A stretch of 64,000 bases of DNA from Okamejei kenojei (GCA_035221665.1 CM069149.1:44888001-44952000), one strand, 5' to 3'; positions 13,275 to 26,609 are shown, numbered from the stretch's first letter. Notes: generated from the letters alone by a model not told the origin. Program-made: numbers and translations.

Positions 13275-13742
13275 GACGGAGCCAAACCCTTTAGACTGAT
13301 GATTGAACAAGGGATGTGGACTCCAAAACCAACAGATCAGAGGAATATCAGGATAATTTGGGAATGAGCTTGTGTGGAAACAATGTATGTGACGAGTGTA
13401 ATGTTGAAGTGTTGTAATTATCTCTGCTTCATGGTTTTACTTCTTGCCCATGTTCGAAAACAATGTGGTTAACGTTAAAACAATGGCAACAGCAGATTTG
13501 CAACTTTAATTGGGGTAAAACGTCTCAACGGCAACATCGCCTCCCCACGAGGAATTGAATTGAGTTTCGACGCTGACGGGGCTTGTGTTGTGTTGCCCAT
13601 GTGGGCAGGAGCAGTCTCGCTTTAAGGCGCTAACCTGTCACTGGGGCTGTGTGTGGGGCGGCGGTGCGCAGGCGCGCCTGGCTGTCTCAGGTAGCAGAGC
13701 AGAGCAGCGCTGGGCTCAGTCGCAGCAGCGAGCAGCGCCCTG

Positions 13743-13886
13743 GCAGCCCAGCCGGCCCGGCCCAGCCCAGCCCAGCCTAGCCCAGCCCGGAACAGCCCGG
13801 AACAGCCCAGGCCCGGCCCAGCCCAGCCTAGCCCAGCCCGGCCCAGCCCGGCCCAGCCCAGCCCAGCCCAGCCCAGCCCAGCCCGG
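13743..13886. repeat. (GCCCA/GCCCG)n pentamer array; (GGGCT)n G-quadruplex-prone on the minus strand
   Basis: Imperfect pentamer tandem array of ~140 bp, directly visible inside the CpG island. Confidence 0.9.
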
Positions 13887-14902
13887 ACACTGCCTCCTGC
13901 ACAAAGATCCAACAGCAACCACTTGATCGGGAGGAAGGAGAGAGAAACCTTCCAGTTGGAGCAGGAGAAGGATTCAAAACACAGGCAAAAAAAAAAGTTG
14001 CTGCAAAACTCCTAGCAAACTTTGCAGAAGTTTCCATCTTCAACTATCAGTTGCAGCACTTCAGAGTTATTTGTGGGCTCGGTTGAGAGTGAGCCAATTG
14101 TTCCAATATTGGGTGCGTGGCTGTCGAAGTGCGGGCACTTGCTGCAGCGACGGATCTAGTGAGTGAGTGGCTCCGGGCGACTGGAGAAAGGGCGCAAATC
14201 TGTGCACCGGCGAGCGCGGGGTGAGTGGCGTTGCTGCTGCCGCTGGAAGAGGCTGCTTCAAGGCAAACAAAGCGAGAGCAGCGAGTGGAGGGAGGGAGGG
14301 AGGGAGCCGCGGCGCCTTGTGAGCTCCACACTCCCCTCCGCAATCCGTGTGACAGCCGATCGTGAAATGGCTGAACGGCGGTGCGACGGACCCCGGCTCT
14401 GACAGACACGGACTCGCTGGGTGAAGCGGACTCTCGCTTGTTCCTCGGATAAAGTGTGCGGACAAGGGGAGGACACATCATCGGTCGTTTGTATTAAAAC
14501 GCTCAAGGCAGAAGTTGGATAAAGGAGACTCCAGGACGAAAAGAGTCAGATTTGGATTTAAAACACACACAAAAAAAAGCCCCACACAGTAGGAAAGGCC
14601 GGAGATTGGCCGAATGCGTGTGAAGGGGACGTGAGCAGAGCTGCAGGAGGAGCGCGGGCTGTGAGCTCTGTTGTTGTGGAGTTGGGCTGGAAACCTGAAA
14701 GAGTTTCACTAGCAGGTGGAAGATGCTCACACAAGCCGGCCTGGCTGCTCCCGCTGCCCTAGAGTCCTGAGAACCAACTGCTCCGCGGTGGCATCTCCAC
14801 CCTGACCGTTTTATTGCAAACAAACGAGCAAACTGCTTTCCAAGAAAATAAGTCCGATTGGCCTCCAGAGCCTGGAGATTTACCCGACAACCGCAGCTGA
14901 GA

Positions 14903-14908
14903 ATGCAG
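14903..14908 (+). CDS. WNT5B: Putative first coding exon (Met-Gln, 6 nt, phase-0 intron) of Wnt-5b long isoform
   Basis: tgagaATGCAG|gtgagt: A at -3, perfect donor, upstream in-frame stop at 14768-14770. Gene identity is inferred from vertebrate FBXL14-WNT5B synteny and the analogous ATG-AAG first coding exon of WNT5A. No Wnt domain exon lies in the window. Confidence 0.5.
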
Positions 14909-17089
14909 GTGAGTGTCCTCGTCCTCGCCGGACTGTGTCCGCTGATGAGGATTCCAACGCCAAATAATGAACATTGCTCCGCTCACTGATCCTGGAGGTT
15001 GTTTGCGGATGACAGGAGCATGCTCTAGAGTGGAAGCAGCGCCGTATTGTTCTCCTGCCACCCCCGTGTTGTTTTCCCTCCGCTTGGAGTTGTGTTTGCA
15101 GAGTTGAAGGAGCATTGATGAGATGCCTTTCCCCCCTAACCCGCCCCGCCCGCCACTATCTCACCCTGTGCTACATTTAATTTTATGATTTGCCTTCAAA
15201 GGATTCTAGTTTACTTTTTTTTTCAGTGTTTGTGGTTGATTTATGCCTGTTTGTTCACAGCTTCAGAAGTCATTGGAAACGTATTTCAGCCAAACTCTAA
15301 TCTCAGTTGAGAATGGTCAAGTGGTCTTCAGTTTTAGTGGTATCCAGTGGTATTTTAGCCCTAGCTTAGAAACACAATTGCAGATGCTGGTTTATACTAA
15401 AGGTAGACACAAAGTGCTGCAATAACTCAGCGGGTCAGACAGCATCTCTGGAGCCTTCAGAGTTCCAGCCGCGCCATTTCAAACTCTTGCCACAATCGCT
15501 GTGCATGCATGGGTCGCATTTTACAAACCAGTTATCTTGCTGTGTTCTACACTTCAGTTCAGATATATATCCGTGAATAAACCTGAACAAGAAAAGTTTG
15601 TGATAACTTTTTGCCTAGTTTGAATTTCGATGAAGAGCGCGTATGATATCTAGCGCTTCCCTTTCCCAGAGTATCAGTGGGTAGAGTCCAGCTCTCTCTC
15701 ATTCGGAGGGAGTTTGGATCCACGAGGCGGTGATTACTTCCTGCCCTCAGTGTCTTCCATTGTTGAAAGAAGACCAGATATTGGGACGGGACGGTTGTCA
15801 ATGGAAGGAGGCAGTTTTTTCCCCCTTCTTGGAAACTGACTTGACGCACATGTGCCTCCCAGCTGTAAAGTGGGTTGGCTGGGGGGCGAGGCAGACTGCG
15901 CCTTGTGCGAGGTTTGTGTACATTCAGCTCCGGCCCAGTTACATTGGGGCCGTGGACTGACAGGCGATGGCCGGGATACGATTGCATGCAGTTAATCCGT
16001 GTGAGTGGGAGGGAGGGAGGGAGGTGGGGGGAGGCCCCTGGCGGGTTTAGAGACCTCTCCTATCTGCTGTGTAGCGGCTGTTTCCTTGTTTTGGAGGGGG
16101 GGAGGGTAGAGAGGGAACTAGACCTGCAGTGTGCCGGCACCAAGGCCTTAGCTCCAGCACGTTTTCCTCTTGAATAAAATGCTCTGTTGAAGAAATTTAA
16201 ACGCAAACACGCCGACCTCTGCCACAGCGCGCTGGCTGCGTCGCTGAGCGCGGAACAGGGGCGACTCGGGCTTTTAGAGAGAGATGGGTCTCAACTTTCC
16301 ATGGAGTCTTTGTAACTAAACACGTTGAAGCGGTGGCGACTGTGTGAGCAATGGTGACGCGGGGCTTATCAGGTTTACACAGTCACCTGGTATTTACCAA
16401 GTGTCTCCGAATGTCCAAAAAACGGATTATTGTTGAAGTAACGTTTTAATGTAATATAATATTCTCCCAACCATTAAAGTGAGCATCATAAATCACTTTA
16501 ATTTCCTTTTAAAGGCGGTGGAAGGCATTTCCCGACGTGCGGTTCCACACTAACACAGGATAGGTGAAGCGTGGAGGTATTTTAAACGGTTCAGATGAAG
16601 TCAATACAGGGGGATGATGTTGCCTGCAATTGTTGATTAAAACCAGATCTGCCTTCAGTCAGATAGCGGCCCAGGTCCAGAGTCGACCCCCTCCGTTTCC
16701 CTGGCGAAGAAAGGCCTTTGCGAGAGCGAGGTTGCACGATTTATCCTCTACGATGCGCTTGTTCACTAATCACAAGTATAATTAAAAATACTTCGAAAAC
16801 CAATCTTATTGAATCTACTCGTTCCAATTTGGGGGGGGGAGCGCAATTAAATGTTTAAACTGCTAAATGGATCACATTTTACTTCCAGCATCCTTCACAG
16901 ATGGCTAAATTTGTCCAACCTGTTGGCAATTTTCAAGTGAATTATTGTGCAGATCTTGGAACTATTATCGGCGATTTGGCATCGTCTTTAACATGGGTAA
17001 AGAGGTTGCTACAAATATCAAGCGAGTCGTTCAGCGCCAGACATTTTCTGTGAAGTAGAAGCGAGCGAATTGGACGTGGTGAAACTGAG

Positions 17090-17900
17090 ACCTTTAAAGA
17101 GTTAGAACATTTCCGGAGAACTATCCGGTCATATTTACATCGGTGATAAAATAATGAGTCCCATTTAGAGGAGAACGTAAAAAATGTCCAGCAATCAAAC
17201 ATGAGAATGAATGGTCATAACATGGGTCTCAAAAGGGGACGCCTTGTTTGACAAACTGAGATTATAAAACGAGGAGACAAGGGAGTCGTGACTGGGGTAA
17301 TTTACTCCGATTTCGGAGGGGCTTTGGTGAAGGTCAGTGAATGATGTGAGGGCGGGAAGCAAGTGGCGATGTGGCACAATACTTGATCCAACCCCGATAC
17401 CAAGGGCGAATACAGAAGGACGGCTTCCAACAGATTGAAGGTGGAATGTGAGCTTTGAAAAGAATCGGTGCTGAAGCAAGTATTTGTGATTTGCATTAAT
17501 AATTTCGATTTTAGACTCAAAGTCGTTCTTTTTTTAATGTCGAAGTGGCGGTAGGCGGTCTTCAAAAATGCACCAGTAAACTGGGCAAAATCATTGGACT
17601 AGTTTTCACCTGGGATACAGGTTTTGGAGAAAAGTCACATTTGGAAAATAAGGATGGAAATGCAAAGAGAAAAGCATCTCAGAGTAAAATGCACAAAATT
17701 GCAAACAAATCGATGTAAGTTAGTGAAGCAGATTAACAATAAACAAGAACAAAAGCCGCTGTTCTAGAGGATTGGAAGCAAGGAAGTGTGCTAACGGTGG
17801 TAAGGACTGCAGAAAATGGATGTCGACATTTGCAAGATTGGCAGCAGAAACGCGAAGCAAGATTAAGGGTATGGAATAACACAGGGAGTACTGGAAAGTG
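17090..17900 (+). mobile_element. Old CR1 LINE RT fragments
   Basis: Degenerate RT-like segments (GGTCATAACATGGGT..., GTGGAATGTGAG..., CAGTAAACTGGGC...). Confidence 0.5.
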
Positions 17901-17902
17901 GA

Positions 17903-18185
17903 GGAAGGAACTGCAGATACTGGTTTACACCGAAGCATGCTGGAGTAACTCAGTGGGGTCAGGCAGCATCTGAGGAGAAAAGGAATAGGCGACGTTTGGG
18001 GTCGAGACCCTTCATCAAACTTGGTAGAAACAGGTCTGGCACTGTCTGTGGAAAGAGGAATATTTGTGGGGCAGATGAAACGGTCCACTCATAGACACCA
18101 TAAATCAGACACGGGATGAAGAAGTTCTCCTCCTCTCTCCGAGATGCCGCCTCACCCGCAGTTTCTCCAGCATTTTTGTCAACCC
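17903..18185. mobile_element. Penelope-tail-derived fold-back element inserted in an old CR1
   Basis: Left arm GAAGGAACTGCAGAT...GGGTCGAGACCCTTC; right arm GAGATGCCGCCTCACCCGC...CAGCATTTTTGTC. Confidence 0.7.
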
Positions 18186-19009
18186 GGGATCATGAAGAGA
18201 TGTTTTTGGTCAAGGAGTAGATAATGTGAACTTGCCGCTGCAGAATGTGGTGGACTAATGGTGTTGATGCATTCGAGGAAACTAGATATGAGACAAAGGA
18301 ACGGGAGGTACCGGTGATAGTGTTGGGACGGGAGGTCGACCTGGAGACGGAGACATGCAAGCACGGTCTGCAGTCAACGCTCCATGTCCGATTCATTCTA
18401 TGAGGGTGAGCAGTGTGCAATTTGTGCTTTAAAAAACCTCCTCTACGTTATTTCATCAGATTTAACATAGCAATCTCAAGCAGCAATGTGAAGGATTGAG
18501 GAAGGAAAGACTCCAGAAAACCCTTTGCACTCAGGTTCTTGATGTAATATAAATTCCTTCATCGGCAGAACTCTCCCAGTTCGTGTGATTGGATTTGAAA
18601 TCTACACGGACGCTGGGTCTAACGTGTAGCGAATGTTGCCTCTCGCTGGCGGGGCTCTGTTACTGCAACCCTGTCCCGGCCCGACTGGGTTTGGGGGGGA
18701 GATAATTTCCATTACTCGCCGATCCTATTCCAATTACTCAATTTCAATGCACCGTTGACTGTAGAATTCAGTTGTACATTTGTCATTGTTCCATCGTGTC
18801 CAATATGCGCTGAAACCTGATTAATTAACATCAATTGTATTTCTAAGCCCCTTTAATCAAAGGTAGTTGGAACTGTGCTCCTTGATTTGAAACGCAGCCA
18901 CTGGTCGATTCCCTCTGGTTGTACGCTGATCATCTCCTTCCCTGGCCCGAAGAATCTCAGGTCTGGCAGCTGCCCTGAATAACATTCGGGAGCCGTTGCT
19001 TTTTACTGA

Positions 19010-19935
19010 GATGAGAGTTGAGTGAGGACAATTGTTGTTCAGGTTGGAGTCCTGTGTGAGTGGTGTCCCAGGGCTCGGCGCCCATCCACTGTTGTTTGTC
19101 ATCGACATTAACGATTTGGATGACAATGTTGTTAACATGGAGATGCAACGGAATGAAGATAGACTCAATGTGCTGGAGTAACTCAGCGGGTCAGGCAGAA
19201 TCTCTGGACAATAAAGATCGGTGATGTTTTGGGTGAGAAGTCACCCATCCATTTTCTCCAGGGATGCTGGACCTGTTGAGTTACTCCAGCACTGTGTCTA
19301 TCTACATTATAAACCAGCAGTTTATACTGAATGCAAGGAACTGCTGATGCTGGAATCTTGAGCAAAACACAGACTGCTGGTGGAACTCAGCAGGTCAGGC
19401 AGCTTCTGTGGAGGGAATGGATAGGTGACGTTTCAGGTTGGGACCATTGTTTAGATTGATTCAATGTTTTGGTTCGGGATCCCTTTATCATTTTGATTCT
19501 GAAGAAGGGCCCCGACCTGAAAGGCCACCTATCCATTCCCTCCACAGATGCTGCCTGACCTGCTGAGCTACTCCAGCATCTTGCTTTGCTCAGTGTAGTT
19601 AACATGGTTAGTCAGTTGGCAGATGATACAAAAAATGGTGGTGCGGTGGACAGGGAAGAAAGTTATTTAAGAATACAACTGGATCTAGAGGAATCGAGGG
19701 AGTGGGGTAATGAACGGCAGGTGGAATCTAACTTGGACAAGTGTGAAGTGTCACATTTTGGTAAGGGCAGGATTTGCACAGTAAATGGCAGATGTTGTAC
19801 AACAGAGAGACCTCGTTCCCTGAAAGTGGCGATACAGGTAGACAGGGTGGTGAAGGTGGCATTTGGCACTCTTGCCTTCATCAGTCATTGAATACAGGAG
19901 TTAGGGTGTCATGTTATGACTGCACAAGTTTACAT
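19010..19935 (+). mobile_element. CR1 LINE RT fragment interrupted by the insertion at 19141-19593
   Basis: SGVPG...PLLFVIDINDLDDNV upstream and SQLADDTK...LDKCEVSHFG downstream are RT motifs. Confidence 0.8.
19141..19593. mobile_element. Two adjacent Penelope-tail fold-back elements interrupting a CR1 RT fragment
   Basis: Two sets of inverted arms. The block is flanked by TGT(T/A)GTTAACATGG at 19127-19140 and 19594-19607. Confidence 0.8.
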
Positions 19936-21469
19936 ATGAACGGAATGTTTCTTTCTGTTCAGTTCTAGACCCTAAAAGGAAATCTGAAATCTATTTAGAA
20001 TTCCTCTAAATTTAGGAGGAAAGTGGTTTAATATCTATGCCAGAAATGAGTATTTATTAAAAGATAAAGTTGTCTGCATGCTTGCATTTATCTGTTAGCT
20101 ATCTGTTCTCTAAAGTTCTGAATTAATTTGAATTTCTTCCCAACCCTGCAACGTATTGTTCATATATCTAAATGTCTACTTTTAATCACCATAAAATTCT
20201 ACCTTACTATTTTCATGGCATGTTTAATAACATTTTTTCACAACTGACTGTTCAAAACTCATGTTTTCAACTGGCACTTGGTCAATGGCCTCCACCAGCG
20301 ATGACTTGGGATGTTCCATTTTATTTGGATGAAATTTTCTATTCACTTCTAACCTCCTCGTTCTCTTCTTCACCCTTTTCCTATTCTTCCTCCTTTTTCC
20401 AGGGTATACAGAGTAAGTCACTTTACGAATATCATTTGTTATTACTGAATAGCTGCCTGCAACAGTAAAGCTCAAGTCACTAATGTTCAAATGCACTCTC
20501 TATTTTAATATGACTGAGAGTGATGTTTGGGCCACTGTTAACAATAAAAAAAATATTAAAAAGAGAAATGGAAGTTGGACAACCTGTAACTGATAAAGCT
20601 CATGTTTCTGGAATGAGTTGTGAGGGAAAATCTGCAGTAGATTTTATCTTTTTCATTTATGTACTTTGAGTGATATCACATCTGAATTATACCTTACATT
20701 GATGCCAACCATTTAGTTTTACTGACCTGTAAGTAGGAGTGAGACCATTCCTAGATTAAAAAAAAAAATCAATGAGCCCTCTTAAACAGCTATGGAAATA
20801 TAAATGAAATACTAAAGTGAATATATTTTGTGTTAATAGTGACCATTTCTAATAATCTAATCCAAGTAATATCAAGATTCCTATCCTTTTAGTATTATTA
20901 TTAAATACCTGACAAGTTAATGCTTCTGCATACAATCTGTCTTCCTGTTGTATCTAACTGTATTTCATCACCAGATTATAAAACTTAAACTAAGATTAAT
21001 TATAGTGATTTTTATATTGCAACTTTCACATTCATTCAAAAGAGATCATTACACAGTCAATTTGAAATGCTGTAACTTTTCATTAAAAAATACCTCTTTG
21101 ATTGCATCTTCTGTGATATTGTGAACGACTTCAATGTTATTTCAGATGAAGGATGGCTGTACCTTTGAATCCCTAACCTGAAGCTTGTACACTTGAAAAG
21201 ATTGAGTGGGTGGGAAGTGAACCACTTGCCCGACATATTCACTCTCTGAATGATTGTTACTGGAATGATAGATGCAGTAAAACATTGTGTTATCATTGAT
21301 CCCAAAATATCAATGTTTGGAGGCTCAACAATGGAGTTGCCTTTGAATATTGGTGAGATTATTGAGTTTTTTCCTGTTCTGACTGGTCACTGACTGTGAT
21401 CTACCATGTTTCAGCCCATATATGGATGTTGTTCAGGTGACTTCTACCAATAATGCGAATTAAGTATAA

Positions 21470-21890
21470 AAGACAAAGTGCTGGAGTAACTCAATGGATC
21501 AGGCAGCATCTCTGGGGAAGATGGACATGAATGAGCAACAGCGGGCCAGGCTGGGTTTCTACACTTGCGCACGGCAACAGGGAAGAATGGAACATGATGG
21601 AGTTCAGATAGAGGCACTCCAGTCTATCCCGAGGGAGGGGGCGAACTAGCATGGAAATAAATAGGGACCAAGCATGGGCAAATGGGACTAGCTTAGATGG
21701 GGCATCTTGGTCAGTATGGATGAGTTAGCCCAACGGCCTGTTTCTGCGCTGTATGACTCTGTAACTCTAAATGTCTGAACCCAAAACATCGTCAGTCCGT
21801 TCCCTCCCGAGATGCGGCTTGACCCGCTGAGTTCCTCCAGCAGTACGTGTTTTGCTCAAGATTCCAGCATCCGCAGTTCCCTGTGTCTCT
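21470..21890. mobile_element. Penelope-tail fold-back element whose arms are separated by a CR1-tailed insert
   Basis: Left arm ~21470-21530 and right arm ~21775-21890. The insert ends in a CR1-type tail (GGCCTGTTTCTGCGCTGTATGACTCT). Confidence 0.65.
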
Positions 21891-22807
21891 GTCACATACC
21901 ATCCGTATGTGATCACTTATCATCATTCCTTCATTGTCTCTGGTTGAATTCTAGCTAGGGTCACCATAACCAGGAGAACAGGCATGTTTGACAGCTCTGC
22001 CAACATTCTGAGCACAAACTGAAATGATGGTTTTAAAATATGCGACTTCAGATCACATTGACACTTAATATCTTGATTAATTTTTTTCTTCTTCCTTTAG
22101 TATGCTCAATGTTAGTCTTTCTTGGTTACTTCAAAATTATTAATTACTTTGTTCACATAACCATCTGTAATCATTAGGATCGCGGACAGGTTTGCAAAGA
22201 CGGGGTGCATAGGTCAGATGATCTATTGTGAATTCCAAAATGCAGAAAAACATACCAAATGTCAAAAATAACAATTTTCAGAGTGAAGGGTTGCATGCCC
22301 CCAGAACTCTCTGTAAAATAAATCTGGTGCCTTCATTTATTCTCTGCCCTTTTAGTCCTTTGTGGACTGATGTTTCTTTGTTCCATCGTTGTGAGTGAAG
22401 GAATGTTGGGGAAAATCTGCAACTATAGTTACAACAATTATGCAGCCCTCCACATTTGCAGCATAATTACTTTTACTTTGTTTTCAAGGTCATATTTGTG
22501 TGTCTCATTTGTGACTGTGTGCTTCTTTTGGAATCATTTGTCAGCTTTTGCTAATACAGCGGCTCTCCGAGCATCGAATGAACTGACCAACAGAAATCCA
22601 ACGACATTTTAAAAGCACTTTTCAAGTTAGTAATACCTAATTGGTTTTATTTGTTTTATTGTATATAGTAATAACTGGATACTGTATATAGCTTAATTAT
22701 GGGTAGTCTTAGGGTGATTATTCAATGAAATGAACAAATTCTTATGTCTATCTAGAGAAATACAATGTGGCTTACAGATGTTTCTGAGCTTTCAAGAAAT
22801 CGGCTTT

Positions 22808-23205
22808 GAAAAATAGATGCAGGAGTAGTCCATTCGACCCTTCGATCCAACACCGCCATTCAATATGATCATGGCTGATCATCTAAAATCAGTACCCCGT
22901 TCCTGCTTTCCCCCCCCCATATCCCTTGATTCCTTTAGCCCCAAGAGCTAAATCTAACCCTCTCTTGAAAACATCCAGTGAATTGGCCTCCACTGCCTTC
23001 TGTGGCAGAGAATTCCACAGATTCACAACTCTCTGGGTGAAGATGCTTTTGCTCATCTCAGTCCTAAATGGCCGACCCCTTATTCTTAAACTGTGACCCC
23101 TGGTTCTGGACTCCCCCAACATCGGGAACATTTTTCCTGCATCTAGCCTGTCCAGTCCTTTAAGAATTTTATATGTTTCTATAAGATGCCCTCTCATCCT
23201 TCCAA
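22808..23205 (-). mobile_element. CR1/HER1-like LINE 3' end
   Basis: RMRGHLIETYKILKGLDRLDAGKMFPMLGESRTRGHSLRIRGRPFRTEM...FTQRVVNLWNSLP is the CR1 ORF2 C-terminus. Confidence 0.92.
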
Positions 23206-24009
23206 AAATCTTATGGAGAGCTCTCCATATGCAATCCATGTGCACCCCAAGGACTGCTTATGTTTCCCCAAACTGTTCTGTGTGTGTAAATCGCTGGTTG
23301 GCACAGACTCGGTGGGCTGAAGGGTCTGTTTAGGTGCTGGATCTCTAAAGTAATGTAAAAGTCAGGCAACCAGGGCTGATCGGGGAACACAATGCCAATT
23401 GTGGTAATAAAGTGTGTGGTTGAGATACTAAGCATTTTGCATTTTTATCTGAGAAAACGATGATGTCATGGTCACTGTTTGAAATAAAAACAGAATGACT
23501 CGATGTTGATTGAGCTAAACATCAATTATGAGAAGGTTTGAGCAAAGTTGGCTCTACTTTAAAAATTAGTAATCAGGTGTTGGATGGGACCCACACTAAC
23601 CACTCCTCTACTTGTTCACCATTGCACCAGGGCTGCAGTGCTTATTGTCCACATGTTGCACTGCCACCCTTCTCCCCAAATGTGTTGCCACCACCGGCTT
23701 CATGGACAAGGGTAACACCGATAGGGGAATATCTTCAAATCCTCTTCAAAGTTACTCGTTACCAAAAGCACTGCAGATGTTTCCCGAGTGTATAACTGAA
23801 GAGGAAACCCATACCATCTCCGTGGTTATTGGTGAAGGGCAATAAATGGTAGTTTTCAGGGAGAAAATAATCTTTGAGAATCGTACTCCAAGAGTTTTGG
23901 CCAATGAATAAGAGGCTGTACAAAGAGAACGGACTTTTTATTTCTCGTCATGTATAATACTTAGAAATTACAGGGGTAGCAAAGTGTGCTAAATGCACAT
24001 TATAGCGTT

Positions 24010-24130
24010 CTGGGTCCCGACCTGAAACGTCACCTATCCATGTTCTCCAGGGATGCTGCTTGTCTTGCTGAGTTATACCAGCACTTTGTGTCCTTTTGTG
24101 TAAATCAGTAACTGCAGTTCCTTGTTTCCA
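24010..24130 (+). mobile_element. Penelope-tail element
   Basis: GGGTCCCGACCTGAAACGTCACCTATCC...CTGCAGTTCCTTGTTTC. Confidence 0.75.
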
Positions 24131-26295
24131 CTAGTGTTGTTTCCACTGTTGAGTTTAGCCTTGGGTATCATGTATCGAGATGTGACTGAGAAAGAGTATT
24201 GATTGTGTAGTGTTCTCAACTTGGTCACAACCGCAGTTGATACTTGCCAGTTTAGCTTTAGCTGTGCGTGTGCGCGTGTGTACTGTGAGCATGAGTGGTG
24301 CTATCAGGTTCTGGACAAGATACACCTTGGAGAAGCAATGGATGCAGATCACGGCACTAGGGGTGCAGTATGATGTGGAGAATGAGGAAGATAGGGACAA
24401 AGATAGGCCAACCTGGCGGAGAGTGGGGGGGGGGGGGGGGGGGGGGGCGCAAGAGAGGAAAAAGGTCGTGGGGAAGTGGCCTCTACCAAGGATTTTCTAA
24501 AATCAGTTCTTCTGCATCGACATGAAGCAAAGAGTGACGTATCTCCCATTCAGTTAAGGGATCCTCGATTAAATATGGAGGGCACAACTATGATAAAGAT
24601 GGGCCCAGAACACCTTGCTATTCACTGTAAGGTTTATTCAACACTTCTGGCTTTGCCCATCTTGGAGCAGCAAAAAAGCTGCACCATGTTGCAAGTGGAG
24701 GAAGCGGATAATTTTACTCCAGGTGAATAGAATTTATCTGACTTCTCCTCCAGAGGGAGGAGAGACTTTTGGCTTTGATGAGCCTGGGGGCATCCCAGAG
24801 GTGCAGAGTTCCGTTGACTGCACTTTGGTTACATAGTGGGTGAACTTCAAGACACCAGAATGTACTGGTGCTATAGGTGTAGGATGTAACATGATAGTTA
24901 TTTCCGGGGATCCATGTAGCAGTCAGACTGCACCAATCCACAGTGCCATTCATATCTGAGCCAACACACACAAGGTAGGGACTGAATGCGAATTGCCATC
25001 ATCAGTCCCATTCATGTTCTCCAGAGATGCTGCCTAACCCACAGAGTGACTCCAGCATTTTGTGTGTATCGTTGGCATAAACCAGCATTTGTTTCTACTC
25101 GTGCACCAGAACCATTATGGAGGAACCCCGCAGTTTTCTGTAGTAAAGGCTGTCACGATTTGTTGTGGTGCGCTGCATGTTGCTCTGTGTCGTAATGGCT
25201 TTGATTTTACCTTGTTGGCCTTCACAATGTTAAAATATACCCGGCTGACCATAACGAGAATAAAAACATGATCGCAAACCAAGCTGGCAAATCAACTAAT
25301 ATCAAGTAGCCCACGTCTGCTTTCCAATGAGCCCCTTCATACTCATCCAAAAGCCGAGTATTGTCAGCACAGCTATCCTACAGGACGAATAGTACACGAC
25401 ATCTCTCTTCCTTCATGTCTCATTGCTCCAGGCCTTCGCTGTTCTGTCAGAAAACAGTGGGGCCTGCATTCTGCCCTGTTGCATCGCCTCTTGTCAAAAG
25501 CTGCAATCACCTTAGAATTGACTTCCTCCAAAGCATGTCCTCTGTAAGTGGTGCAGGCTGTCTTTAATTAATGTTCCCCAACTCAAACGGTTTGAACCTC
25601 TCGCAGAATTGTGCCCCTTGGAAACAGTCAGCAGCATAGTTAGTGACAGCTGAACACCAAAATTAAAAGAGCAATATGAGAACATGTTATTGTTCGTGAT
25701 AAGTGGCTGGATGGTGATCTTAACCAGTACACTTTAAATGAATTAAGAGCTCCATTAAAATAACTGATAAAGCAATTTGGTGTGATTGTGTTACAAATTC
25801 TCGGTAATTTCAAGCATATGTTTAAAAGTTTAAAAAAACACAAAACATTGTAATGCAATTTTAAGTTGTAGCAAAGGGAAAAGACATTTAGCCGACAAAA
25901 TCTGTGCCAGATCACTGGTAGAACTCCCTTACGCTTTCTATCCATGTATCTCAGATTGGGAATGTAAACTACCGCCCTTCACATTCCCAATCTGAGAGAT
26001 AAAAACTCCTTCATCTGTGTCATAAATGGGTGATGCCATGTTCTGAAATGGGGAGGTGCTGGAGGCAGATATAGTAGCCTCTTAAATGGCTCTCGAAGGC
26101 ATTTACAGACTTTTACATCGCCGCATGGACATGCAAGAATAAGAAGCATGTGCAGTCAGAGGAGGTTAGTTTAACTTGGCAAGGACATTGTTGGCTGATG
26201 AGCCCGTCCCTGGGGTGTTCCATTCAATGCTCTGTTCTATAAATGGTGTGTGGAAAACTGCACATAGGTGGAGATAATGGAACCAAGGAGAGGGA

Positions 26296-26609
26296 TCAGT
26301 CTGAAGAATGGTCTCGACCCGAATCGTCTCCCAATCCTTCTCTCCAGAGATGCTGCCTGACCCGCTGAGTTACTCCAGCAGTTCAAGTGTTCAAGTTCAA
26401 GTGTTCAAGTGAGTTTATTGTCATGTGTCCCTGATAGGGCAATGAAATTCAGCACACAGAACATAGTAGGCATTTACTACAAAACAGATCAGTGTGTCCA
26501 TATATCATTATATAAATACATACACACATGAATAAATAAACTGATAAAGTGCAAACAACATTTTGTGTCTACCTTCGATTTAAACCAGCATCTGCAGTTC
26601 TCTCCCACA
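26296..26609 (+). mobile_element. Penelope-tail element with nested Rex1/Babar-like 3' end (~26381-26558, minus)
   Basis: Flanked by CAAGGAGAGGGA at 26284-26295 and 26610-26621. The internal insert starts with GTTCAA repeats plus GAGTTTATTGTC and resembles 42520-42670. Confidence 0.8.

Larger units (their letters stand above)
13580..15160 (+). promoter_or_regulatory. CpG island: promoter and long 5'-UTR first exon of a plus-strand gene (probably WNT5B)
   Basis: Dense CpG, GC box GGGGCGG at 13655-13661, NRF1-like TGCGCAGGCGCG at 13665-13676 and a consensus donor CAG|GTGAGT at 14908/14909. Confidence 0.75.

Noticed and set aside
13585-14506. Several 68-144 aa ORFs (PAQPS/WAGLG repeats)
   Set aside because: Translations of the pentamer repeat and GC-rich leader.
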